A stretch of 64,000 nt of DNA, taken from contig CATNEN010000001.1 in assembly GCA_950097015.1 (NCBI GenBank), forward strand, positions 3,596,001-3,660,000. The letters run 5' to 3'. The notes below the pieces were generated by a model, which saw nothing but the letters and a program-made list of their open reading frames with translations, was not told the DNA's origin and did not search any database. Numbering within the stretch: the stretch's first letter is position 1; each line of letters begins with the position of its first letter. Shown piece by piece: positions 12,105 to 24,564 of this stretch. A program made the translations under genes and the position numbers. The stretch is from Macrostomum hystrix (Eukaryota > Animalia > Platyhelminthes).

Positions 12105-15100
12105 CCCGTCGAAAACAGGGGTCTAAAAGACAGCCTGCGGCCTCAGAATGTCAACAGTGTATGGCCCCTGTGTATTTCGTCAAATTTTCTAGGTGACTTT
12201 CCAGGTTAATAAATTCGAGTAGAAATAATTTGAAATCATGAAACCAACTCAGTCGTGTAGGAAATCATTTCTAGATTGATTTTCAATTGAATCCGACTCG
12301 ATAAATTGTGCTCAAATCTCTTGGGACACCGACAACAGCCGTATACTATTTACTGTAGTACGAATGGATACCGTTTAAAATAAGAATATATATGTGCAAT
12401 GGTACAACAATTGTTATACATGTATCATGTTTAAATTTTTGTCAAGGTTATATCTACTGATTTTGCTTAGCTAAATTTTTTAGGCCTTGGCCTTAAAACA
12501 CTTGGCCTTTAACTGCATGCGTTTCCCACCACACAGACTTGAAATGGGTGGGTGTTTGCAAGCGCTGACCTGCACTCATGAGAGAAGATTCCTAGGGCGG
12601 GCGACGGAGTCGACTTAAATGACCGCTTAGCTACACGCAAGATTTCGCAGAGAGAGAGAGGAGATGAAGGGAGGTTCAGCGGATGCAGGGAGTGGTCGTA
12701 TCGGTCACAGGCTGGCCAGTCCCACTCGTCCCATAGGCCACAGGCATGACTGCCGTGCCTACCCCAAGCAATGCTCGAAACCGGCTAAAAGTCTAAAGTG
12801 AGGGGTCGGACTATCCGTAATCAGACAGGACAGGGCTAGAGAGCCTACTGTCGTCAGTAGCATGTAAGTAACTGACTCCTAACCTTGGTAGCGGTGGTCG
12901 AAACGGCCCAGGCTCTTGTCACAGAAATGCGGAAAGGCTATTGGCAAAGCGGAAATTGATCTCAGGTAGCGCCACCACCCAATGCGCCTACGTTGCCACC
13001 GCAGACATTTGGGAACTTGGGTCCCCGGAGTACACAGCTCCTAGTTTATCACACAGATCTAGACAAGCCGAAAAAATAGGGCATTCTGCAACTTCCGTTT
13101 TAGACTGGGGTGAGAGCCCCAGAATGGATCGAGACACGCCTCAAAAGGGGATTCCTGAATTCGCGCTACAGAGGTCTAGAAAGGTGGTACTAAGAACTCG
13201 AATGAAAATCCATAGCCGGAATCCTACTCATGAAACATCAGACACATTCTTACATTAGACTGCAGCCTACTCATGAAGTAACTAACAAGTCCGAATCTGT
13301 GCGAGTCGAGGAAATCAGAGGCTGGAGAGATTAAGCAGAACACTGGCCGAGTGGTTATGCAAGCGATGATTATTAGATCACGCCTCTCGCTCCCATGGCC
13401 GCGGTTACGAGAGGCGGGGAATAGAAGGAGAATTCAATTGGCAAAGGAGTTTGACGCGCACACTGGAATCCGCCAGTGAGTGAGGAAAGCCGGCCAAGGA
13501 ATTCCCCGCCCCTAGGCAGCAATGCACACGCTACATTCCGCATTTTACTTGCAAATCCCTAGCTCCTTATTACTCTTATGCGCGCTTACAGTTGTCCTCC
13601 TGCCGCAGCCTTCGGCTCGGCATCACCAGAGCCCGCCCCCTAGGCGATTAGCCGCTCATGATCGAGGGCTGTCTAGCGATAAAATAAAGGCGAAAGAGAG
13701 GCATAGTAAGAGGATTAAGTTGGTTTTAAACGTAGCCCAATAAGTTAAAAGTGCTGTGAATTAATAGTTTATTAGGCTGAAGCAATTCCCTAGCTCCCCT
13801 CCCACTATATGCCGCCTGACTAAGAGTAAATTGTCCCTTGAGAGTGACAATAACCGCTTCGCGGATTACTTATCTGGATCTCGCTTGGCCGCGTGCTGCA
13901 GTCCCGTTGTTCTCGGGGAGAAAGGATGGGGCAAAAACAGCAAGGCAGAGAAGGGAAAACTTCTGCGAGTTGGCAGGGGCCAACACACTGGGAGCTTAGT
14001 GGCTCAATTTAGTGCTCACCTAAAGAGGTGGCTTGCGCTTAGGGGAATGGAGACAGCCAATGGGCCTGTGCTAGCTACGCGGAGCTCAAGGCTCAAGGGT
14101 CATAAAGTGTCAATACTATTGATATTTGAAGTAATATTGTTGAGACTGGTAATATCATTGACATTGCTTTGTGATGCTTCTGCACTTTGACTACATTCTT
14201 CATTGAGGCTTATCTCAGCCTCAGCAGCATTGTCATTCTGCTGCGTAGCCACTATTGCAGAATCATTCCCATTTGCACTAGTACCTTGCATGCCAACAAG
14301 CAATGCTTGACTTTGGTTTGCCAGAGTACCTTATGTGCTAATTGTAGGTGCTACATTACTCTCATTCCATTCTGAATTTTTTGCTATACTTAGACCCCTA
14401 TACTTCTCTAGCAATGCTAGAGTCCAAGCTGAAATGAAGAGGTATATGATATTAGAAATATTTAAACGAGACTTTCACTACTAGGCTTTTGTCCAGAACT
14501 GCAAGAATTAAAAGTGAGGCCATGCTTAAGTTAATCTCTCCTTGACCTTGGGGGGAGAGAACAACCGCATTACTGAATTAACTGTTTAAATAAAAAATGA
14601 AAAAGTAATACCCAAACCAGCATTATCCATGATAAGCATATTTACTAAGTTTTCAAGGCAGTCACCCAGTTTTTTTAGAAAACTAAGAAAGCTGCCCTTT
14701 TATTTTTTTCCAGTCAGCTGTACAATTCTGAACAAAAACCAAGTTAGTGGGTGCAGAAATGTTAGAAATGCCCAATTCCTTTAAATCTTACTGTATATAA
14801 AACACTTACTAGCACAGCCCTTCTTTCGAAGAAATTCATTGCCGCTAGTAGGTCCCATCTAAAATTAAGTTTTTTAGAAATATGTAAATCACATGTCTGT
14901 CACATGAACTATTTACCTACTCTTCATTGGCAAAGTATATATTTTTGGAGAGTCTATAGGCATGTCAAGTAATACCATATTATAGGGCCACAAAATGGTC
15001 AAGTTAGAAAATCCAAAACTGTAACATGTCACCATTGCTATTAATAGGAAAAAGCATAAAAAATTCATGAAATACAATTTTGAATTCTTAACTTGAAAAT

Positions 15101-18068
15101 TAGTTCTACTTTGAAACTTATTCTTTAGGAATTATTTAGCATGGTCATGGTGAATTTTTCAGTCTTGGAACAGCTATTTAAGTATTCTATAGCTACCAGT
15201 GGGACTGATATATTCGTTTCCTTGAAGGTGCTCTTAACAGGCCCTAGTCAAAACACATGCTGCACACATTTCACAAGCTTTGAGTTTTTTTTACTTTTAA
15301 AGAGGTAATCACAGTTTGATCATGGTTTTCAGTTTTTGCACTAAATATTGATATTAATACATTTTCCTCAAACATTTCCAGCCTGCCTTGCTTGCTGCCT
15401 GACTGTTCGCTTGTCAACATTATGGACTCTAATGGACGACTAGGTCTATGCTGTCAAACTGCCATTGTCTGGTTCTAGGCAAGCCTCAAGTTACTGCAAT
15501 ACTTTTGCTCTCAGAGCTAGCTACTATCAGCCTGCAGCTCGACTCTTTGGACGAGCGTGTGAGTTAATATGTATAAAAATATTGATTGCTTTTGTGAAAG
15601 TTACAGTTCAATGTGAATTCAAATGCAATGGCCCTCATTTTTTATAAACATGTGTTTTGGTCCTATATGGTCCTATTCTATTAATGCTACATGCTAATAC
15701 CAATAATTAAACGAGGACTCGATTCCATATGATTCTCTTCTCAGATTCTCCTCTCTGCATCAGCCATGATGAGACATGCCCGCTATGGTCAGGCATTTTC
15801 CTTATATTTAACACACTGACTTTGACAAATAGAGGCTGTTCCTGTTTCTAACTTTCAATTACATTCAAATTCTGCCGCTTTCCACAGTGCTTTTTTTCAT
15901 CTGCTCTCTCTCCCGATCTCTTCGTCATTCCCCTTTTCTCCTGCGCCAGATGCAGAGTAAGAACGACTGACAGTTGATACTACTCCTCATCTAGTAGTCT
16001 GTGTCGCAACTTTTCTGTATTGGTTTGACTGAAATATTCACTTCCTAGAAGGCACTCTTAACAGGTCATTGTCACAGGCCACAGGGCATGTTACATATTT
16101 CTCCGGGCTGCAGGTGTGGGTGCACTGATTAAGAGTTGGACTATCTAAGATTTGACACCTTGATATGTTGGGTTATCGGTAACATACTGGTAACATTACT
16201 GGTAACATATGGGTTACCAGAAATCTGCCTAACACAGGGGAAATAGGAGAGCGTGCATTTGAATGGGAGAGGGTGGCCTATCCTCTGCATATAGGATAGG
16301 TGACGCTGTGACGATCTATGTGGCTGAGGGGTTGGAGCCCCATTACAATTAATCATCAGAATTCTGAGCACCAAAAATTAGTGAAAATTATCAGCATGAG
16401 CTTGCCGTGACACCCGAGACAGTAATGACCCCTGGAATGGATTTCTAGGCTATGTATGCCACTGTTTAGATCTGCATGAAAAGCTTGTTAAGCAGGCAGC
16501 ATTAATGAGCTATTACTACTATTAATATTGATAGTAATAATTTATAATACCAGCAATTTCCAACTAGTAGATTATTATACAGCAGTAACAAATATGGATT
16601 GATTTTGACATGCCACAAACTCTTACAATACATTATTACAAATAAAAAAATATTAAACCGACACCTAAACTTGACTTACCTGTCAGTTCTTATTTGAGCT
16701 AATAAAAAAGGGTTTCTATTTAACAATTCTAGCTAGTATAGGTTATAGGATATATAATTAGATTTGAAGTTTTGACTCGACGAGCTCTTTACTATTCGAG
16801 TTTTGGTGGGAAGAGGAAAAACAGTTCGTTCCCCTTTGTCCCCCGCTCAAATAGGGATGTATGGCACCATCGTCTAGTTCGTTCCCAAGTTCGCGTAAAC
16901 AACCCCTCCCAGCCAACCACGCTTCATCATGGGGTTCCCACGCTTCACGTTCCCACAGGGAGCTCATGAGCTGCACTCGTCTAGCCGGACTCATGGCACG
17001 GTGAGGTGACCTGGGCTAGCCGTCTAATTTTTACCATGAGCTGGGGCCGGCTAGTCCACGGCCGTTAGGTGGGGGTACGGGGGGTTTTGGCGAAGAGTTT
17101 TTCTCTCCCAGGGTGAACTGCCCTGCGCACATTGGGCCAGCCAGTCAGTCCTCTGCAGTAATAAGCCCTCTCCTCTCTTCTCTCCCCCAAGCTATCGATT
17201 TTCCTCGGGTGGGGGCAGGCAGGCAAGTCCATATTAGTCCCTCTAATATGGCCAGCCCTCCAGCCCCGGCATCTGCTTGCCTCTGTTGCAGTTGCAGTTA
17301 GTGCGCTCTTCATTGCCAGGTAAAGAATTTTCTGATTCTTGCTACGTTGCTAGTGTTTTTAACCGTGCATTCTACTCAACTATCAAGCTGAGAATGCTTG
17401 CTCATTTCTAAGCCACTTTGTCTTCGAGCAGAGTGGGCTAAATTTGTGCGAAGTGAGTTCTGAGCAGAATTACTTGACATCAGTTTTAGCTATTCGATGC
17501 TATGATAAAGGCAGTTTTGAATCGGCTGTTGATATCTTGCTAAACATTTGCTAAGGACTATTAGAAACTAGCAGTTAAGTACAAATATATTTTGTAGGCC
17601 GCCAATATAAGCTGCACTGTTTTACATCCAGTGTCAGTCTATGGCCGCGGGCTAGCCGGCCTCAGCTCATGCGTTTATCGTGCGCCTAGCCAGGGTGCCC
17701 TCATGGAGTCATGGTGAGGTGAGCTGGGCTAGCCGATCGCAGCTCATGGGCCCAGCCAGGGTGCGCTCCTGGTGAGGTGAGCCAGCAGACAACGAATGCA
17801 GATCTATCGACGCAATCAGCGACATCCGACGCGCCATTTATTGGCCTACCAGACGACATCAGTCTCATCTCTCTAAATATAGCGGTTCTCAAATGGGGTC
17901 CCCTCAAAGTCGGTACACCCCTGCCTGGCAAGACAAGGCAATCAGACAAATTTGATTGATGGGGGTACCACTGACAAAAGTGATTTCGTGATGCCCCATA
18001 ATTTTGATGGATTTCGATGGGATTTGATGTCCCGTAGTCTGGGATAGATGTAGAAGAGATCCCTGTCG

Positions 18069-19223
18069 GGCAATCATGAACTTTCCCGCGTTTAATTATT
18101 TTTTTATCTTTTTCGTAACCTTTATGTGCGGGGTGATGAAAATTAGTATTATTAAAGTTCAGGGGCATAAAAAACACTAGGTACCACGATTATTAGTTAA
18201 TAAAGAGTCACAGTCAGCAGGGGTAGTAGTGGCAGATCCAGAATAGGATGTGTCCGAACTGCAGATTCGGGAACGTCCGGCGCCACATAAACTCCTGGAG
18301 ATATGTCTCGAACAGACCATCGGAGGTGCCATGCATCGCTCGGAACTTCGCCTTGCAGTTCCCCCACATGCCCTCGACGGTGTTTGTGTGGGCATCCTGA
18401 TTGGCAGGGTCGCGGAAGTGGAGCGAGTGGTTGACGGTAATGTGGTTCTGTAGGGTATTGTACGCGGCCCACTGGTCCGTCACGATCCGTGTCCCTGGGA
18501 GCACATGCTGATTGATCACCGGTACCAGGGACGCAGCAGATCGGCTCTGCACAGGTACCAGCATGCAGCGGTTGCTGCCCCGCTCCACCATGCCCAGCAC
18601 CCAGTGGCCTTCTCGGTTCTGGCCCTGGTGGTACTTCCTGTGCATGAATTTGGACTCGTCGATTTCCACGTCCACACCAGGTCCACCAAGCTGGGTTGGG
18701 TGATCGACTAGGTACTGCACACAGATGTCGCGCAAGAAGTTAAACCAGTCTATCACCGTGTGCTCGCTGACGCATGTCTCATGGGCCACGTGAGACATCT
18801 TCATGCCCAGAAATAGACAATGTCAATGAGCTGAACCAGGCTAAGGTGGCTGCCCTCAAAAAAACTGCCCTGCCGTATAGAACAATGGCATCGGCATGTT
18901 TTGCAGGACCAGCACACGCCGTCAGCATAGTCGCGGCCGGCCCGACATTGAAAGGACATTGCGGTGGCACAGTTTGGGCAGTCGATGCTGTTCCGCAGAA
19001 GTCCGTGCCGTGCCAGCCACTGGACTGCTGTGTCATCCGTCAGCAGGGCCAGCTCACGGTAGTTGAGGTCCAACTCGGTCAGCTCAATGGCAGGAAGAAC
19101 ATCGGCTGGCTCGACTATAGTTGTTGGTGCGGCAGGTCTTCCGGCCATGTCTTCAATGTCTTCAAAGCTGGAAATTTACGAACAAGATAAAAATAATTAA
19201 ACGTGGGAAAGTTCATGATCGCC
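18069..19223 (-). mobile_element. Merlin DNA transposon, copy 2 (carried by the tandem duplication)
   Basis: Identical to copy 1 at +7119, with the same flanks. Confidence 0.9.
18214..19148 (-). pseudogene. Merlin transposase, same frameshift as copy 1
   Basis: ORFs 18801..19148 and 18214..18804 are identical to those of copy 1. Confidence 0.9.
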
Positions 19224-21495
19224 CCCGTCGAAAACAGGGGTCTAAAAGACAGCCTGCGGCCTCAGAATGTCAACAGTGTATGGCCCCTGTGTATTTCGTC
19301 AAATTTTCTAGGTGACTTTCCAGGTTAATAAATTCGAGTAGAAATAATTTGAAATCATGAAACCAACTCAGTCGTGTAGGAAATCATTTCTAGATTGATT
19401 TTCAATTGAATCCGACTCGATAAATTGTGCTCAAATCTCTTGGGACACCGACAACAGCCGTATACTATTTACTGTAGTACGAATGGATACCGTTTAAAAT
19501 AAGAATATATATGTGCAATGGTACAACAATTGTTATACATGTATCATGTTTAAATTTTTGTCAAGGTTATATCTACTGATTTTGCTTAGCTAAATTTTTT
19601 AGGCCTTGGCCTTAAAACACTTGGCCTTTAACTGCATGCGTTTCCCACCACACAGACTTGAAATGGGTGGGTGTTTGCAAGCGCTGACCTGCACTCATGA
19701 GAGAAGATTCCTAGGGCGGGCGACGGAGTCGACTTAAATGACCGCTTAGCTACACGCAAGATTTCGCAGAGAGAGAGAGGAGATGAAGGGAGGTTCAGCG
19801 GATGCAGGGAGTGGTCGTATCGGTCACAGGCTGGCCAGTCCCACTCGTCCCATAGGCCACAGGCATGACTGCCGTGCCTACCCCAAGCAATGCTCGAAAC
19901 CGGCTAAAAGTCTAAAGTGAGGGGTCGGACTATCCGTAATCAGACAGGACAGGGCTAGAGAGCCTACTGTCGTCAGTAGCATGTAAGTAACTGACTCCTA
20001 ACCTTGGTAGCGGTGGTCGAAACGGCCCAGGCTCTTGTCACAGAAATGCGGAAAGGCTATTGGCAAAGCGGAAATTGATCTCAGGTAGCGCCACCACCCA
20101 ATGCGCCTACGTTGCCACCGCAGACATTTGGGAACTTGGGTCCCCGGAGTACACAGCTCCTAGTTTATCACACAGATCTAGACAAGCCGAAAAAATAGGG
20201 CATTCTGCAACTTCCGTTTTAGACTGGGGTGAGAGCCCCAGAATGGATCGAGACACGCCTCAAAAGGGGATTCCTGAATTCGCGCTACAGAGGTCTAGAA
20301 AGGTGGTACTAAGAACTCGAATGAAAATCCATAGCCGGAATCCTACTCATGAAACATCAGACACATTCTTACATTAGACTGCAGCCTACTCATGAAGTAA
20401 CTAACAAGTCCGAATCTGTGCGAGTCGAGGAAATCAGAGGCTGGAGAGATTAAGCAGAACACTGGCCGAGTGGTTATGCAAGCGATGATTATTAGATCAC
20501 GCCTCTCGCTCCCATGGCCGCGGTTACGAGAGGCGGGGAATAGAAGGAGAATTCAATTGGCAAAGGAGTTTGACGCGCACACTGGAATCCGCCAGTGAGT
20601 GAGGAAAGCCGGCCAAGGAATTCCCCGCCCCTAGGCAGCAATGCACACGCTACATTCCGCATTTTACTTGCAAATCCCTAGCTCCTTATTACTCTTATGC
20701 GCGCTTACAGTTGTCCTCCTGCCGCAGCCTTCGGCTCGGCATCACCAGAGCCCGCCCCCTAGGCGATTAGCCGCTCATGATCGAGGGCTGTCTAGCGATA
20801 AAATAAAGGCGAAAGAGAGGCATAGTAAGAGGATTAAGTTGGTTTTAAACGTAGCCCAATAAGTTAAAAGTGCTGTGAATTAATAGTTTATTAGGCTGAA
20901 GCAATTCCCTAGCTCCCCTCCCACTATATGCCGCCTGACTAAGAGTAAATTGTCCCTTGAGAGTGACAATAACCGCTTCGCGGATTACTTATCTGGATCT
21001 CGCTTGGCCGCGTGCTGCAGTCCCGTTGTTCTCGGGGAGAAAGGATGGGGCAAAAACAGCAAGGCAGAGAAGGGAAAACTTCTGCGAGTTGGCAGGGGCC
21101 AACACACTGGGAGCTTAGTGGCTCAATTTAGTGCTCACCTAAAGAGGTGGCTTGCGCTTAGGGGAATGGAGACAGCCAATGGGCCTGTGCTAGCTACGCG
21201 GAGCTCAAGGCTCAAGGGTCATAAAGTGTCAATACTATTGATATTTGAAGTAATATTGTTGAGACTGGTAATATCATTGACATTGCTTTGTGATGCTTCT
21301 GCACTTTGACTACATTCTTCATTGAGGCTTATCTCAGCCTCAGCAGCATTGTCATTCTGCTGCGTAGCCACTATTGCAGAATCATTCCCATTTGCACTAG
21401 TACCTTGCATGCCAACAAGCAATGCTTGACTTTGGTTTGCCAGAGTACCTTATGTGCTAATTGTAGGTGCTACATTACTCTCATTCCATTCTGAA

Positions 21496-24388
21496 TTTTT
21501 TGCTATACTTAGACCCCTATACTTCTCTAGCAATGCTAGAGTCCAAGCTGAAATGAAGAGGTATATGATATTAGAAATATTTAAACGAGACTTTCACTAC
21601 TAGGCTTTTGTCCAGAACTGCAAGAATTAAAAGTGAGGCCATGCTTAAGTTAATCTCTCCTTGACCTTGTGGGGAGAGAACAACCGCATTACTGAATTAA
21701 CTGTTTAAATAAAAAATGAAAAAGTAATACCCAAACCAGCATTATCCATGATAAGCATATTTACTAAGTTTTCAAGGCAGTCACCCAGTTTTTTTAGAAA
21801 ACTAAGAAAGCTGCCCTTTTATTTTTTTCCAGTCAGCTGTACAATTCTGAACAAAAACCAAGTTAGTGGGTGCAGAAATGTTAGAAATGCCCAATTCCTT
21901 TAAATCTTACTGTATATAAAACACTTACTAGCACAGCCCTTCTTTCGAAGAAATTAATTGCCGCTAGTAGGTCCCATCTGAAATTAAGTTTTTTAGCAAT
22001 TTGCAATCACATGTCTGTCACAAATAACATGAACTATTTACCTACTCTTCAATGGCAAAGTATATATTTTTGGAGAGTCTATAGGCATTTCAAGTAATAC
22101 CATATTATAGGGCCACAAAATGGTCAAGTTAGAAAATCCAAAACTGTAACATGTCACCATTGCTATTAACAGGAAAAAAGCATAAAAAATTATGAAATAC
22201 AATTTTGAATTCTTAACTTGAAAATTACTTCTAATTTGAAACTTATTCTTCAGGAATTATTTAGCATGGTCATGGTGAATTTTTTGGTCTTGGAATAGCT
22301 ATTTAAGTATTCTTTAGCTACCAGTGGGACTGATATATTCATTTCCTTGAAGGTACTCTTAACAGGCCATAGTCACAACACATGCTGCACATTACTCTAG
22401 ACTACAGTTCAGGGAGTATTTGGTTTTAAGAGTTAAAATCATAATGTATATAAATAGCCAAGTTTAAAATACTTACATATAGAAAGTGGTAGGGAATATT
22501 GTTAGGAAATTGATTTTTGACCTAATAGCCAACACATTTCAAAAGCTTTGAGTTTTTTTAACTTCTTAAGAGTTAATCACAGTTTTTTCAAGGTTTTCAG
22601 TTTTTGCACTAAATATTGATATTAATACATTTTCCACAAACATTTCCAGCCCGCCTTGCTTGCTGCCTGGCTGTTCGCTTGTCAACAGTATGGACTCTAA
22701 TGGACGACTAGGTCTATGCTGTCAAACTGCCATTGTCTGGTTCTAGGCCTCAAGCCTCAAGTGACTGCAATACTTTTGCGCTCAAAGCTTGCTACTCTCA
22801 GCCTACAGCTCGACTCTTTGGACGAGCATGTGAGTTAATATCTATAAAAATATTGATTGCTTTTGTGAAAGTTACAGTTCAATGTGAATTCAAATGCAAT
22901 GGCCCTCATTTTTTATAAACAGGTGTTTTGGCCCATATGGTCCCATTCTATTAATGCTACATGCTAATACCAATAATTAAACGAGGACTCGATTCCATAT
23001 GATTCTCAGATTCTCCTCTCTGCATCAGCCTCGAGGAGACATGCCCGCTATGGTCAGGCATTTTCCTTATATTTAACACAGTGACTTTGACAAATAGAGG
23101 CTGTTCCTATTTCTAACTTTCAATTACATTCAAATTCTGCCGCTTTCCACAGTGCTTTTTCATCTGCTCTCTCTCCCGATCTCTTCGTCATTCCCCTTTT
23201 CTCCTGCGCCGGATGCAGAGTAAAAACGACTGACAGTTGATACTACTCGTCATCTAGTAGTCTGTGTTGCAACTTTTCTGTATTGGTTTGACTGAAATAT
23301 TCACTTCCTTGAAGGCACTCTTAGCAGGTCATAGTCACAGGCCACAGTGCATGTTACATATTTCTCCGGGCTGCAGGTGTGGGTGCACTGATTAAGAGTT
23401 AGACTATCTAAGATTTGACACCTTGATTTGAATGGCGTAGGCGAGGGGGTCATACTAGCTACTAGTAGCCGAACACTAGTAGTATGGGTTACCAGAAATC
23501 TGCCTAACACAGGGGAAATAAGAGAGCCTGCATTTGAATGGGAGAGGATGGCCTATCCTCTGCATATAGAATTGGTGACGCTGTGACGATCTATGTGGCT
23601 GAGGGGTTGGAGTCCCATCAGAATTATGAGCACCAAAAATTAGCGACAATTATCAGCATGAGCTTGCCGTGACACCCGAGACATTAATGACCCCTGGAAT
23701 GGATTTCTAGGCTATGTATGCCACTATTTAGATCTGCATGAAAAGCTTATTTAGCAGGCAGCATTAATGAGCTATTACTACTATTAATATTGATAGTAAT
23801 ATTTATAATACCAGCAATTTCCAATTATGTAGATTATTATACAGCAGTAACAACTATGGATTGATTTTGACATGCCAGAAACTCTCACAATACCTTATTG
23901 CAAATAGGAAAATATTAAACCGACATCGGCACCTAAACCTGACTTACCTTTCAGTTCTTAGTTACACTAGCTAATTAAAAAAGGTTTCTATTCAACAATT
24001 CTAGCTAGCAATGGGATATAGAATTAGATTCCAAGTTTTTACTCGACGAGCTCTTTACTATTCGAGTTTTGGTGGGAAGAGAAAAATCGGTTCGTTCCCC
24101 TTTGTCCCCCGCTCAAAAAGGGAAAATGGCACCACCGTCTGGTTCGTTCCCAAGTTCGCGTAAACAACCCCTCACAGCCAACCACGCTTCATCATGGGCG
24201 TTCCCAAGTTCGCGTAAATAACCCCTTCCAGCCAACCACGCTTCATCATGGGGTTTGTAGTTGAGGATGCGTACAGGGAGCTCATGAGCTGCATTCGTCT
24301 AGCCGGACTCATGGCACGGTGAGGTGACCTGGGCTAGCCGTCTAATTTTTACCGTGAGCTGGGGCCGGCTAGTCCACGGCCGTTAGGT
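21496..24388. repeat. third, partial and diverged copy of the tandem unit
   Basis: Near-identical to the unit start until ~21950, then shows substitutions and indels (e.g. ORF 22733 vs 8346). Similarity ends after ccacggccgttaggt. Confidence 0.85.
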
Positions 24389-24564
24389 TACGCGTTGGAA
24401 TGGAAGCTTACGCGTCCACCTTACTTTACTGTGTATTCCGTTATAATTAAGCTGCACAAAACAGGCAGAGAAATTATTAGGTACGGCTACAAATCACAGA
24501 TACGACTTTAGATATTCGTAGGAATTCATTCATTAACTGCATGTATATTCTCTGGCATAACAAT

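Larger units (their letters stand above)
7258..21495. repeat. 7,119-bp near-identical tandem duplication (7258-14376 and 14377-21495)
   Basis: Every ORF in the track recurs at +7119 with an identical translation (e.g. 8346/15465, 11095/18214, 13831/20950). 14102-14376 is a diverged copy of 6461-6735 joined to the equivalent of 7258, so the later units lack 522 bp. Confidence 0.95.

Noticed and set aside
12600-14100. ORFs 12941..13258 and 13831..14190 as genes or a tyrosine-recombinase remnant
   Set aside because: No convincing motif; the segment remains unclassified.
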